Below are positions 12,746-25,976 of a DNA stretch of 64,000 nucleotides, in pieces (the stretch's first letter is position 1; the number at the start of each line of letters is the position of its first letter). The position numbers and the translations under genes were made by a program. Origin of the DNA: Eledone cirrhosa (Eukaryota); assembly GCA_964016885.1 (NCBI GenBank), contig OZ024741.1, positions 144,646,001 to 144,710,000 of the forward strand, written 5' to 3'. Under the pieces are notes generated by a model, which did no database searches, was not told the DNA's origin, and saw only the letters and a program-made list of their open reading frames with translations.

Positions 12746-13397
12746 ATCATCATCATCATCATCAACGTTTAACATCCGTGTTCCACGCTTGCATGGGTTT
12801 GGACGGGGGTTGTCCCACTTGAGGCAAGAGTGATTGTCTTGCTCGCATAGGACTGTCTGGCAGGTTTTCTACAGTTGGATGCCCTTCCTAACACCAACCA
12901 CAGTTACAGTGTGGGTCTGGAAGGTTTTTACCGTGTTGCCTACACGGCCACATTACAGCATGGACTGTGTGTTTTTTGTTGTGACACCTACACAATCTCA
13001 TTTGTTTCGGCCTGGATGGTGTGGCACCAACATAACTTTACATAGAAGGGGGCGGTGTGGATGGGGTGGGGGTGGTGGGATGGGGGTGTATTTTGTTAGA
13101 GATGCCTATTGACTGTAGTAGGTTTTACTATGTATTTAGGTAAGGCGGGTCTTCTCTATTACTGAGTACCGCCAAAGGTCTCGGTCCAGTGACATTGTCT
13201 TGGAGAGGTGTAAGTGTGTGAGGTCAGAGTTTATCAGCTCGTCCCAGGTTTTTCTAGGTCTGCCTATTCCGTGGCTACCGTCTATCTTTATTGCCCTGCA
13301 CTTTGTTATACAGCTATCGACTTTCATGCGCATCACGTGTCCATACCAACGTAGCCTTTTCTCGAGTAAACAACATCTGATCCCTCTTATTTCTAAT
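12746..13397 (-). mobile_element. RTE family A 3' fragment
   Basis: Near-identical to 1043-1815 (MKVDSCITKCRAIKIDGSHGIGRPRKTW plus 3'UTR and tail). Confidence 0.92.
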
Positions 13398-15149
13398 GTA
13401 TATATATATATATATATATGTATATATCATCATTGTTTTACATACACACACACATACATATGCAGTAGACTTCTGCACAATATCTGTTTACAAGAATTCC
13501 ACTCACAATAGTTTTGGTCAAGCTGATGTTGAGGTAAAATACACTTGTCCAAAGTGTGACACAGTGAGACCAAACCACAAAACAATCTGGTTAGGAGCAC
13601 AAACTTCTAAATCCAACAGCCTTGTCTCTGTGCACACTTTTGATTATAAGTCTCTTTGGTTGGGACATTTGTGGGGAAAAACAACAACAATAACAAAAGA
13701 AACAAATCTGCTGCCTTGTGCTACTGTTTGAAATCATTATACTGGCACAAAAATTATCCAATCCAATCTGTCAGTTGGTTGTTTTGGTGTCAAGATTAAA
13801 AGCACCTATTCCATGCTGTAAATATGGTTGGCATTAGGAAGGGCATCTAACTGTAGAAACCAAGCCATAAATAGTTCTGTATGAGCAAGATACAGTCACC
13901 TGATCTGATTTGTCTCCCAACAGGATGACCCACCTAACCCATCCTAGCATGTAAAATAGATGTTAAACAGTGATGATGATCGAATTCTGCACTACCTCCA
14001 CTTCAAACAAAATAGGGGAAAAAAGAATGAAGTTCCCCCTTCCTGATTTTGGTATGGCTCACATTCTATGATGGCATTTCATAATCCTACAATGTAATAA
14101 TTTTTACAGATTCAGACTCAGAATGTAAAGAGTGGGCTCACACTTGTGCAGGTTTGGCAGGCCTTTTAAAGGGTTGCATCTTATAAAAACGTTTCTTAGG
14201 TGTTTTAATGACACAAGCTCCCCAGGTTTAACATGTCCCTTTTTGTCAGTGATAGAAAGCAGGAATTAAGTTCAGAATTCAAAGAGTTGTACAAAAAGTA
14301 GATATCTGACAAAGAAATAATTGTTTCTAAAGAAATAATGTCCAAATGTTGTTTTTCTTAACCTTTTTGATAGAAAACCACCTGAAACTGCACCTAGTTC
14401 TATAATACTAAGCTGTTTGCTTTAAAGAGTTTATATTTATCTAAAACCCTAACATCATAATTTTACATAAGAACTTTTTTTTTATGTTTCAAACACCAAA
14501 AACATATATATTACTAAATTTTTTTAAATTCTTGATTGTCTAAAAAGTTATTTGAAAATCATAGGCAGTATCTTTCATTAGAGATATGGTTACACAAGTG
14601 TTAAAGTGTCTATATTTATTTAAAACCCTTCCATCATAATTTTCTGTAACAACCTTTGTTATGTTACAAACAACTGCTTATTAATGACAAAGCTAGCTGT
14701 TATATTATGAAATACCTCCAAATTCTTGATTATTTTGAAAATTATTTGAAAACCACAGGCAGTATCTTTCATTAGAAATACAGTAAAATAATAAAATTTA
14801 ACACTAAGTTACTTTATAAAACATCAATACTGCATATTGACACATACCAAGATGAAAGTGGGAGAAGGAGGTGAAGTGGATGCAGAGTAAAAAGGTTTTG
14901 TATGTTTGGTGTTTCATTTCTTTCATAAAGCTATCAATAATGTCCATCAAGTGTACCTTGTTTCATTCCCTCCCCTGCTCATTCCAGTCTACACACTCAG
15001 TATCACCCCTCTCCATCTATCTACAACTTCCTTCTTGCTCTTATATTGAACTTTGATGAGATAAAACACATGTTGCAGTTAATGTGGTGGTGTTAGTCGT
15101 TGTTACTGCTGTTGTTCATTTGGCTTTTGTCTGCTGCATACAATACTGC

Positions 15150-15390
15150 TTTAATGGCTTTTTGCTGCTGCTGCTGCTACTACTACAGCTGCCACCACCA
15201 CCACCATTACTCTTACCACTGTTACCGCTGCCGCCACCATTACTCTTGCCACTATTACCACCATCACCACTGCCGCTGCCACCACCATTACTCTTGCCAC
15301 AGCTGCCGCCGCCACCATCATCACAAATACCACCACCACCAATACTCCTGCCACTATTACAACCCATCATCACCACCACCACCACAGAAC
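15150..15390. repeat. GC-rich compound triplet minisatellite (CCA/CTG-based, unit roughly 30-45 bp)
   Basis: ccaccaccattactcttgccac.gctgccg repeated; open in several frames. Confidence 0.8.
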
Positions 15391-15578
15391 ATAGCAGGAA
15401 CACTGTATTATTGATGTGTTTCCCCCAGGTCTACTTACTTGCCCTAGATACACAACATGAAATGTGGAGTACCAATGACACAATGTGTTACAATGCACAA
15501 AATATTCCAGGGTCAGTTTGATTGGTTATGGCTCTAACTGCAGCAGAAATTGTGTTATATCAAGTTACATAAAACATA

Positions 15579-15657
15579 CAAGGCGTCCCCCCAAAAATGT
15601 ATACATACTTCAACATCATTCTAATCAAAGTGTGTATACATTTTTTGGGACACCCTG
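15579..15657. mobile_element. Tc1/mariner-type micro-MITE
   Basis: TA|caaggcgtccccccaaaaatgtataca ... tgtatacattttttgggacaccctg|TA: imperfect TIRs with a TA duplication. Confidence 0.7.
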
Positions 15658-16789
15658 TATTTGCTTTGATTACAACATTAGATACATTAACTCTTAATAT
15701 CTTGTTATCATTTAGCAGAAAATATTTAAAAGCTGGTTTGTTAATTCATATATTTAGCTGGTTTGTTAATTCATATATTTATAGTATCTTTACTAGTGGA
15801 CAGATCATTGTGAAATTTTGCCATATTAGGATAAAGGCTTTACCTTTTTATGTAATGCAGTAATAATGTTGTGTCATGCATTAAGAACTGCAACAATAAA
15901 AGTAAATGTGGTGATAGACAAATGACTACAAAGTTTGCCAACATATTCATAGTATTGCAGCAGGTGATAGCCTGGAATAACCAAACACCCTCACAAGAAT
16001 CTTATCAGCTTATAGCTCATATATACATGGGTAGTACATTTCTGTGTTTGCATGAATTTTTCCACGTTTTGTGGATCTAGATCACCAAAAATTATGATCA
16101 GATAAGTATCTCAAATATTAGATTCTGAAGAGAGTAAATAGGGTGGTAATTACAGTAATTTGAATGCAACATGGTTAACAAGTTCACCTTGTTATCATTA
16201 GGTCCCGGGGTCGATTCCACCACAAAGCATCTTGGACGATTGTCATTTACCTTAGCCTTGGATTGACACATGCCTAGTTAGTGAAACCGGATAGACAGAT
16301 ACTGTTTGGATCCCTGTCAGATGGACAATAGCTGTAATTTAAAGGCCCAACCTTGTCACTGTCACACTGAATCTTCCTGAGAATAACGTTAGGAGTACAC
16401 ATCCTGTAGAATGCTCAGTCACTTACAATTTAATTTCATAAGTGAATAGTTCTGTTGAGCAAACAACAAGTGGCGAAGGGTGACTTGTAAAGGAGAGTAT
16501 ACAGTCCATGATGCAGGCCATGGTAGAGTGTGGGGCAGTGCCCAGAAAATTATTCACCCTTCTCATCTGTAAATGTGATATGAACTAATTTTAATCTGAG
16601 AAAATGCACTTCTACAAACAGACCACTCTTAAGGCTTGATACCCCTCTCCACTGCACTGGAGGTTCCCCCCTCATTAGTAACACCCTGGCAACAGGCCTG
16701 CCATGATGACCATTATCGGTTATGAAAGAAATCTGAGAAAATAAAACCTACAAATAATGAGATATTTAAAATCTATTTGTAAATCAGTT

Positions 16790-17040
16790 AATTTCTTTTT
16801 GGCAAATTCATCGATCACTTTGCTATAAACTGTATCAGCGCCACGCTCTACCTTCATCTTCATGGAAATGAAGACCAAATTACTCAATATCCTTTCATTT
16901 TGAGAACACCTCATATAATTATTTAATTGCTTTAATGAAGAAACAATCTCTCACAGGAAGAAGATGCGGCAGATTTAGTCAGAATCATTGTCAGCCAAAT
17001 GTTTTCAGAGTAATTATGGAATTTAGATAGTTCTGAGATT
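16790..17040 (-). pseudogene. hAT transposase C-terminal dimerisation domain remnant
   Basis: AASSSCER, then after a frameshift MRCSQNERILSNLVFISM..YSKVIDEFAKKK; resembles the hAT motif 'SCERSFS.L..IK.YLR....RL.NL..ISIE....VIDEFA'. Confidence 0.65.
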
Positions 17041-17944
17041 TTTGTGTCTTGCCAAAGCTGTAATCAAATTGTTCAAATCACAGTAGCTGGTAGTTGTTCA
17101 TGTGTTCTTATGTTGACAAAATAACAGACATGGGCAATAGAACATTCTGTTCATTATTTGGGACATTCTGTCATCCACTAATACTGTTCATCCCACTTTA
17201 GTTTTGATTTTCAGTTCAAGCTTTGAACAACCAAAAACCTTAGGAGCATCCCACTGGATAACTGACATACATACATTTGATCTCAGCCACACAGAGCAAT
17301 AAAAACATCAGGGCTTTAGGAGAAAATATGTTGAGAGCAAGCCTGCTGGCTTGATACAGTTGGAAAGCATGCAACAAAAATTCTTCTTTTCTCTCTTCTC
17401 AATAGGTGAAAACCTAAGACCACTGCTTTTTCTTACTATGACAAGAAGGGAAGTAGAGACAATTTTGATTTTCTCTCTTTAACCTCACTCCTACTTTATT
17501 TTTTTTTTCATTCATAGAAAATGAAAGCAACTAATTCACTGCTTTTTATTCTTTTTTTGCTAAGCAAACGGGAGCTTTCCCTACTTAAATAATATTGCTT
17601 GTTTACAATTTATCGTAAGAAATTAAGGAATGAGAAATACAAAAAAGAAAAGGAAAAAAACTCCCCAAACAAAACAAAACAAATATCACGAATACAATGA
17701 GAATAGTGAAAATTATCAATAATTAATTTTATATTGCACGAAAATTATTTATTCTGGAAGAAGTAGGCCTGCAGTGCATGTATTGCATTCATAAACCCTT
17801 TGTCCCTGCAAACAACTGAAACACTCACTGTCAAAACTGACAGAGGTCCACAAAAGAATTACTCTAGAGTTTCTCATTTGAGAGTAAAAAGGAATCTGAT
17901 CTGAGAAGTGATGATGAATGTTAAAATGATAGACAGGTGTCCTT

Positions 17945-18250
17945 ATGGTATATAGCTGTGTACAGGGGGTGGCCTCAGGATACTTAGTTGTTTTGAGATG
18001 ATGTACGGTGGGAGGAGGGGAGCTCAAGGTACACAGCTGTGTAGTGAGATATAGGGGGTGAAATCAGGGTACATAACTGTGTAATGAAAGGTACTGGGGG
18101 TACCCTCAGTATACATAGCTATGTAGTGAGGCATACAGGGGTGGCCTAAGGGTACATAGCTGTGTAGTGAGATGATGTACAGGGGATGGCCTCTGGGTAC
18201 ATAGAAGTGTGGTCAGTACTGTTGAGTGTGATGATGTATATGGTATCCCA
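17945..18250. repeat. Minisatellite, unit about 42-45 bp
   Basis: ggtacatagctgtgtagtgagatgatgtacagggggtggcctca repeated about seven times, degenerate. Confidence 0.8.
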
Positions 18251-19405
18251 ATATATGCTCCAGAACTTTCTGTTCAGGAGTTCAGCTGGCAAAAGGTGAA
18301 ACATAGGACATGATAAAATACTATAAGACCTGAGCATCAATCACAAAGAAGCAGAGGTAGCCAGAAATAATCCATTGCATTTGTATGTTTATATAGTTGA
18401 CAGAGATAACTGTGTTCTCAATTAGCAAACTGTAACACCTCCCAATGTTCCAGGAGGTGGAGATGCATTAACACACCTTTGGCTTGCTCATATCCTCACT
18501 GCTCCTTCCTCAAACATACCTCATATTCTTACAGTTCTCTCAAGGCACACATGCACGCACACACACACACACACTTAATATCTATGAAAACATTAACCAA
18601 GTTGAACTTACAGATGCATTTTTCTCTCTCACTTCACACTCACTCCTGGTTTATTGATACCCTTTAGATTTCACATTACTTTCTATCATGTAACTTGTCA
18701 GAGGGTAAGAGCAGATACTGTTACTTAATACTACAAATGCTTGAATTGATATGAATTATACACATATACATACACACAAGTGCACGCATACAAACACAAA
18801 TGTACACACATACACATGGGTAAACATAACAGTGTGCAAACACACATGTACACACAAAACTCAAATACACACTCACACAAACACATAAGTACACACAAAT
18901 ACACACATGCACACATGCAGTACAGAACTCATATATAAACACATTCATGCATGCATGCATGCACATACACAATTTGCATATCAGTTCTTTGATAAGTATG
19001 ATTTATGGCAAGTTTCAACCAAAAGCTACAGTAGGCTGCATTGGATTGTTTATTTACAATAGCAATATAATCTTGACATGTGTAGTCCATCTCACAAGCA
19101 GGCCAGCTGCCAATACCAACACTGATGGTTAAACAGTAAACAGAAATTCATGGTGTTAAACATAGTTGAGGCATTTTACTAACAGTTTCTAGATTATCTA
19201 ACATCAATTCTCTCTCTCTCTTCTCTCTCCTCCCCTTGATATCTTCTTTATAGAAGAGGCCCTAATACATTCCTCTACTTCCTCCTCCTGTGTAGAAAAG
19301 ACATTAACACTCCCCTCTTCCTCCTCTTCTTTGCTCTCTTCTATAAAATAGAAGAATCTTTCAGTTTCCCCCACTTGCTTAAGTGGTAGGAAAAATGGTA
19401 AAAAT

Positions 19406-19584
19406 AATTGTTTCTACTTTAGGCACAAGGCCAGCAATTATCCAGTGCATTACTGGTACTTTATTTTATCGACCCCGTAAGGATGAAAGGCAAAGTCAAC
19501 CTTGGCGGGATTTGAACTCAGATCGTAAAGGGACGTAACTATGCTGGAAAGCATGGCATCCGACCCTCTACCGATACTGCCAAA
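19406..19584 (-). mobile_element. SINE family 1
   Basis: Reverse complement of the 10981 copy. Confidence 0.85.
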
Positions 19585-20404
19585 TGAGATGTAATTATAA
19601 TTTTTTCTAAGCTGCTGAAACCCTAATGGATGAGATACTTGGCACTCTCAGTTCCAGCACTTTGCACACTGAGTTCAAATTCAACCTAGGAACACCTATC
19701 CCACCACTGGGAAAGACTAATTAATCACTTGACCAGGGGATCACAACTGGTATCAGTTTTTTTTTCTATGAGAAGAAGTTGCTAACTCCTTTCTCAAATA
19801 TTCTTCATTTCTGGAGAAAGGGAAATTCTGAGGGGTCTCCCACAATCCTTCTTATGATGCTATATAGCTGATTTAGAGAGATATAGGGGTAGAGAATATC
19901 TGTTTGACTCACTGACATTTCTGCCAAATGACCTTTTTTTTAGAGAGGTCACGTTATAATATAGGAGCATTTACTACTATGGTATACTGTTTTGTAGACT
20001 CTTCATGGCAGAGCCAACAGCATGCATTACTGAATTAACACTGCAGATGAATGGATTCCAGTTCATTGAATAACAGCTTGCTAAGTGCACTCATGACTTG
20101 GATATGTATTTTGCAACTCATGATGTACTTTTCCTGGACTTCCAGAAACTGATCAAACCGTACATTGATTCAAAACAGTCAAGGTTAGTCTTCTACTTGT
20201 TTGTATTTGTGGTTGTTTTTGCTATATGCTATGGCCACATGCACCTAATCAATGTATTCATGGTACCACACTTATATAACTTTGAGCAAGAAATTTATTA
20301 ATTTTTCATACCACTGAGTACTTGGTGACTGCCTCAAATGATTCAGTTGGTATCTGCCCTATTGCAGCTACATTTTTCGATTTATACCAAATATATTATA
20401 TATA

Positions 20405-20598
20405 CAAACCTGCCAACCTCTAAAAATCCAAACAGCGAGTACCATGAAAAAAAATGTCCCAAAACGAGGAGGAATGAGGCAATATGGGGACATTTTACAT
20501 AATGAAAGCAAAACCCATTTTGACAAGAGAGACATCTCTCATCCATCCCAAAGTAGGTGGGAGATCTCCCCAACGAACGGGGAGAGTTGACAGGTCTG
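20405..20598. mobile_element. Short MITE
   Basis: Termini caaacctgccaac / gttgacaggtctg (11 of 13 complementary); attatatata on both flanks. Confidence 0.55.
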
Positions 20599-20724
20599 AT
20601 TATATATATATAGAGAGAGAGAGAAAAGGTGAAGTTGGAAATAGCACAGAAAATATATTTTCTGTGCTATTTCCAACTTCACTTTTTCTCTATATCCACT
20701 GTTTTGTATAGAACCTTACTTCTC

Positions 20725-20759
<35 letters not shown>

Positions 20760-21301
20760 TACTCTTTTACCTGTTCCAGCAAATTGGCTGAGGCAATGCT
20801 GGGGCATGGCCATTAAAACATTATTGGTTTTTTTCTTTTTTTACACTCATCTATCTTTCTATATCTTCTCTCTGTCATTCTATCTTCCAATGAAGGACTA
20901 ATGAATGTCTGGAATAGTAAGACTGTTTTTCTATTATATCAAGTATAAATCTAATGTATATCATCATTGTCTAGTATATTTCTCCTGGGCTATTTTTCTT
21001 TGCTGACTTTTCTCATCTCTCTCTCTCTCTTTCATATATATATATGGGTGGGTGGAGGGTATGTGTGTGGGTGTATGTGTGTGTGTGTATTGATTTGAGT
21101 CCATACCACTATGAGCAGATGAAGACTGGAGTCAAGTTTATCACATGGATAAAGACCTCAAAACCAATCATCTGTGAAATCTATGTAATGTTTGAAATAC
21201 AATAAAAACATTTTAATGTGAAACTTAGTTATCTCATACATAATGTATATATATGTTCATGTGTATATATTTATGTATACACACACACACGCACATATAT
21301 G

Positions 21302-21899
21302 TCTATATATATAAAGTTGTAGTTCCTGTCTGTTTGTTTGTTCACAAACTCCTCCTATGGTTTTGGAGATAGACCCGCCATAACCATATATATTCTGAAA
21401 CTACATTGCCCAGGGTACTTGGATAATTATATTTCATTTTAATCAAAGGGTTCCCTGGGGGCACAAACCCTCGCTGAAAATGTTTTCCCTTCAATTTATA
21501 TGAAATTTAAACCAGAGGTAAATGACAAGATATGATGCCTATTCACAACATTTCAATAATATTAAGACACCCTAATGGGGGTTAAACCCCCTATAGTGAA
21601 AATCTCAGAAGCCCATAACTTGAGTATTGGAACCTCTATTATCACGGGGTTTTTCTATTAATTAAACGTAAATCAACAAAAAAAGCACCTCTCTTTTATA
21701 GTAAAATTTGGCTAATTTAGACATTTTATCTATGGCAAAACATCACTAGAATTATGACAACAAAAATTATTAGTTAATGCCTCTACTTTTTTAACATTTT
21801 CCCTTTATTTTTTCTCCATAAATTATATCACTGATTTAAAATCAATCATCATTTTCTTACAAAAAATGTGTGAAATGCAGCAAGGCGTGGGTAATTCAG

Positions 21900-21903
<4 letters not shown>
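21302..21903 (+). mobile_element. Non-autonomous Helitron-like element
   Basis: 5' TCTATATATATAAAG..gtctgtttgtttg; 3' gcaaggcgtgggtaattcagCTAAt (CTAG-like end). An inverted copy of the 3' end with intact CTAG lies at 21941-21982. Confidence 0.6.
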
Positions 21904-21942
<39 letters not shown>

Positions 21943-22288
21943 TAGCCAAATTACCCGCGCCTTGCTGCATTTCACACATTTTATATATATATATATATGT
22001 ATATACACACACACACATATACAGAATGAAAGAGAAGAAATGGCATCAGTATTTGACTGGCACATTTTTTATAAGTCTTGAAAGGATGAAAGGCAAAATT
22101 GATTTCAGCAGAATTTGAACTGAGGGTGCAGAGAACTAGAATATGTACTACATGTCATTCTGGCTGACACTTAATGGTTCTGCCACTCCATTGCCTTTGC
22201 ACCCACACACAAAAAAAAAACATTCAGATAAATAGGTAGGCATATATATATATACACAGGCAGACTCCCCTCTTCATATACATACATG

Positions 22289-22326
<38 letters not shown>

Positions 22327-22949
22327 CATTAAGATAGATATACAGAGACAGATATATAGATACACACACACACACAAATATATATATATATAAACATTTA
22401 ATATAAAACGAAAAATCAGTGATGCATCTGAACTCAATTTATTGTGTGTTACAATTGTTTCGCCGGCGGACAGCTCGAGACGCGATCATTGTGTGGATCT
22501 TCTGTCTGCGGGTCCAGAATCAGACAGAAGATCCACACAATGATCGTGTCTCGAGCTGGCGAAACAATTGTAACACACAATAAATTGAGTTCAGATGCAT
22601 CACTGATTTTTCGTTTTATATTATATCATACTCTGCCTATGGAAGCATCTTAGCTACCATCCGACACATATATATAAATATTTAGATAGATAGATATATA
22701 GATATTGTATCTGTGAATACACACCAATACACACACACAGACATAACTATTCAGATAAATACTTAGATATGCATAGAGTCTGATAGATAAATACAAAAAT
22801 ACACACACAAACATAAGTAAACATTCAGATATATAGACAGATAATAGAGAGACAAACAGACAGAGATAGATAAAGAGACAGAAGAACTTAAAAAAGGAAT
22901 TGACAGCATGGCACATGCTGTATTTGGAAATGTTAAAGAAACTCCTTAC

Positions 22950-23075
22950 CTTATCACCTCTAAAAATCTTTCCATAGCGTGCAATGACTATGGTGCCATT
23001 GAAGTTTATGGAATGATTATCATGGAGGTACCGAAAGTCATCAATTCTGCCATAATTAACATATACTAATTGACC
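22950..23075 (-). CDS. GCPII/NAALADase-like exon C (protease-associated PA domain)
   Basis: [42 protein letters not shown] is the signature PA-domain segment of the GCPII/TfR family. Acceptor ttgcag|, donor AAG|gtaagg, 126 nt, phase 0/0. Confidence 0.95.
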
Positions 23076-25844
23076 CTGCAATCAGAAAACAACATAAAAT
23101 AATTAATGTATATATTCGTAAAATTTGAAATTTTTAAACAAACTTTTATGCTAAATTTTAGTGGTTGATTAGAAAAACAAGCATGTTAAGGCCTATTTAT
23201 TCTGGTCCTCTTCGCAATAGTCATTACTGGCTCTAATACCCTTCATCCTCTGTAATTCATTGTTAGTCTTCTCTCTCTGAGAGATACTATTGTTGAGGGG
23301 CAAACATTTCATGGTACAATCCAAAGTACTCTATCAGTAGCAGAGTCCTAAATGACTTTTTAATGAATAAAATAAGAGATGGGGTTACACAATGAATTAT
23401 AGTGAACTAAATTGATGAATACATGTGGGCTAGCTTAAAACTTGGGTAGAAGTGATGAACGAAGACTTCAAACTACTGAACTTCACAGGAGATGACAAAA
23501 GAAAACAATAGAAAGTAGCTGAGTTGGAAATGATCTGTCCTACCCATTTGCAAGAATGGAGAAACAGACATAAAAAAGATGATGATTTTGTGATGTATTT
23601 TCTATCACACTGCAGTAATTGCAGTGTTTTTTTCAATAATAAACTTGAGAAATCTGTAGGCTAATGTGAATTATATATCAAAAACATAACAAAGATGATG
23701 TGGAGGAAATCATTTCTTTACCAGAACATTTATATGATATGGAGCTTTAAATAATGATTATCGTTAACTGTTTTATTCATATAACACACATAGCATTAAA
23801 AATATATTTGAAAAAACTCATTTACAATATTTAGCCCTTTTATTACCATATTTTTAATAAAATACACTGTATTTGAACTAATTAATGAAGATGTTGAGGG
23901 AATTACTAAAATTATTAATTATTTCACCATTAAGATAGAATTTGTAACATAAAAGGTTTTTATATAAAATTATGCAGGGAGAGACTAATTCAAATAGGAA
24001 CCTACTAAAATGGATGGTTTTGCTTCATAGAACCTGAGCTGGTTTGGTCATGAATAAATATTTTTTCAAGAATTTGGTTGTTTATTCTCCCACTATAATT
24101 TATATATATATATATCATCATCATCACCACACTAACATGCCAGGTCAGGTGACCATGTCTTGCTCATATATATATATATATATACATTTTTTCATTTATA
24201 CTGTTAATATTATGATTTTAAACCCTTTTAATAGCAAACCAGCTTAAACCACCCAACCGCTTCTACAATACAATACAAAATCATTTGTTTTAATGTATTT
24301 ATATTAATCTAAATATCGCTTATCATAATTTTATGCAAGAATATTTGATAAGTTATGTTCCAAAGACCAGCTTAATAGTTAGTTATAAAAATATAGGCAA
24401 TGTTTTTTTTATTTGAAATATGGTTAAATATTTTTGAAAAGGATAATATAAGAACCCAATTGCTGGTTCATGGTCCAGGCCAACAGAATTGTAAACTTTT
24501 TACTCTGGTAGATAGTGATGCAGATGCACAGAATAATCCCTCAACCAACAAATATTGATCTATTACCTGTGAAAAACTACAGTTCACTCTTACACAGGAT
24601 ACATAGTCAATTCTAGATCCCCCCCCATCCCAAGAATTGGTGGAAGTTGATTTTTATTTGAGTATTCACAGTTGAAAACATTCTTAGTTAAGTTGATTAT
24701 CAAAAGGAGAAACATAAATGGTAAAAATAAAGGCAAATGATTTATATTTATGCAACCTTTTTGGTGGTGGTGATGATGGTGGGTCTACAGCCCATAAATT
24801 TTAAGTTCCTTGCATAAAAGTGCATTCATGCTTTTCTTATGTGAACAATATATATATTTCTCACTGCTATTTTTACTCTTTCACAAGCATGTGTGGGTAC
24901 ACACACGTGCATGCACACACAGACATACTCATACATGCATACATAATCTAAATGACAGGCCTGGAAAGATTGGAAGAAAGAGTGCAGTAAAGTATAATAT
25001 CAAGTAGCTAGAAGAGAAGCTAGGTGTCAGGTTTACAGTAGCATGGAGGGAAGCTGAAAGCAGGAGGTTTGCCAATATTCTGCGATGAAATGAGAGGATC
25101 AGAGGTGTAAGGTGATTTCGGATTGCAAAGCAGTATGTCAGGGTAAATCAAGCTGTTGTTGGGGAAACGTAAGTTTGGAATGACAGCTACATATTTACCT
25201 TTACTAATACAATCTACCTACCTACCAACTTACTGATCTACCTACCAACTTATCTATCTATCTATCTATTTATCTATCAACCTATCTACATTTCCCTGCA
25301 AATCTGGATGATCTAGAGGTCATACATATATTATATTTTGTATAGTAGAGTATATTCAACAAAATATCCCAAGAACTTTGTTTGTTCATATAAAAAAAAG
25401 AAAAAAAGTTGATGAAGTGGCAAAACTAAGTCCCAAAAGAATTAAAAGTCATATTTAAAAAATACATATGTAAATTACATGCAAATTAAAGAAGCACCAG
25501 CCAGCCAGCCTAACAAGTAAGTTGAATTGATAAAAGAGAAAGTAAACTGTAGTCATGTAGTGAATTATATGCAGTAGTAATATGAAATGTACTAAATCAC
25601 AAATATCTTAAAGAAATAATTTGGGTATAAGGCCAATAATATGTGAGGTGAGGAAGTTGGTCACATCGACTCCAGTATGTGACTGGTACTTTATTTTATC
25701 ACTCTGAAAGGATGAAGGGCAAAGTTGATCTCAGTGGGATTTTAACTCAAAACATAAAGGGACATAACTAAATGCTGCAAAACATCTTGTTCAACACTTT
25801 AACGTCTCTGCCAGTTTACCACTCTCATAATATTGAGAAATAAT

Positions 25845-25976
25845 TGTTTCAACTTTAGGCACAAGGCCAGCAATTACCCAGTGCATTACTGGTACTTTAT
25901 TTTATCGACTCCGTAAGGATGAAAGGCAAAGTCAACCTCGGCGGGATTTGAACTCAGATCGTAAAGGGACGTAACT
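25845..25976 (-). mobile_element. SINE family 1, 5'-truncated, with TSD
   Basis: Flanked by the direct repeat ataatattgagaaataat; an older related copy lies at about 25630-25820. Confidence 0.8.

Noticed and set aside
15084-15521. Pro-rich, His/Cys-rich or Gly/Ser-rich ORFs suggesting a structural protein
   Set aside because: Triplet-based minisatellite open in several frames on both strands; no supporting splice or domain evidence.
17945-18250. Regularly spaced repeats resembling a CRISPR array
   Set aside because: The units are contiguous degenerate tandem copies without unique spacers, in a eukaryotic context with no cas genes.
22636-22652. Short intronic stretch complementary to exon C (possible editing-complementary sequence)
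   Set aside because: Only about 8 contiguous matches, expected by chance.
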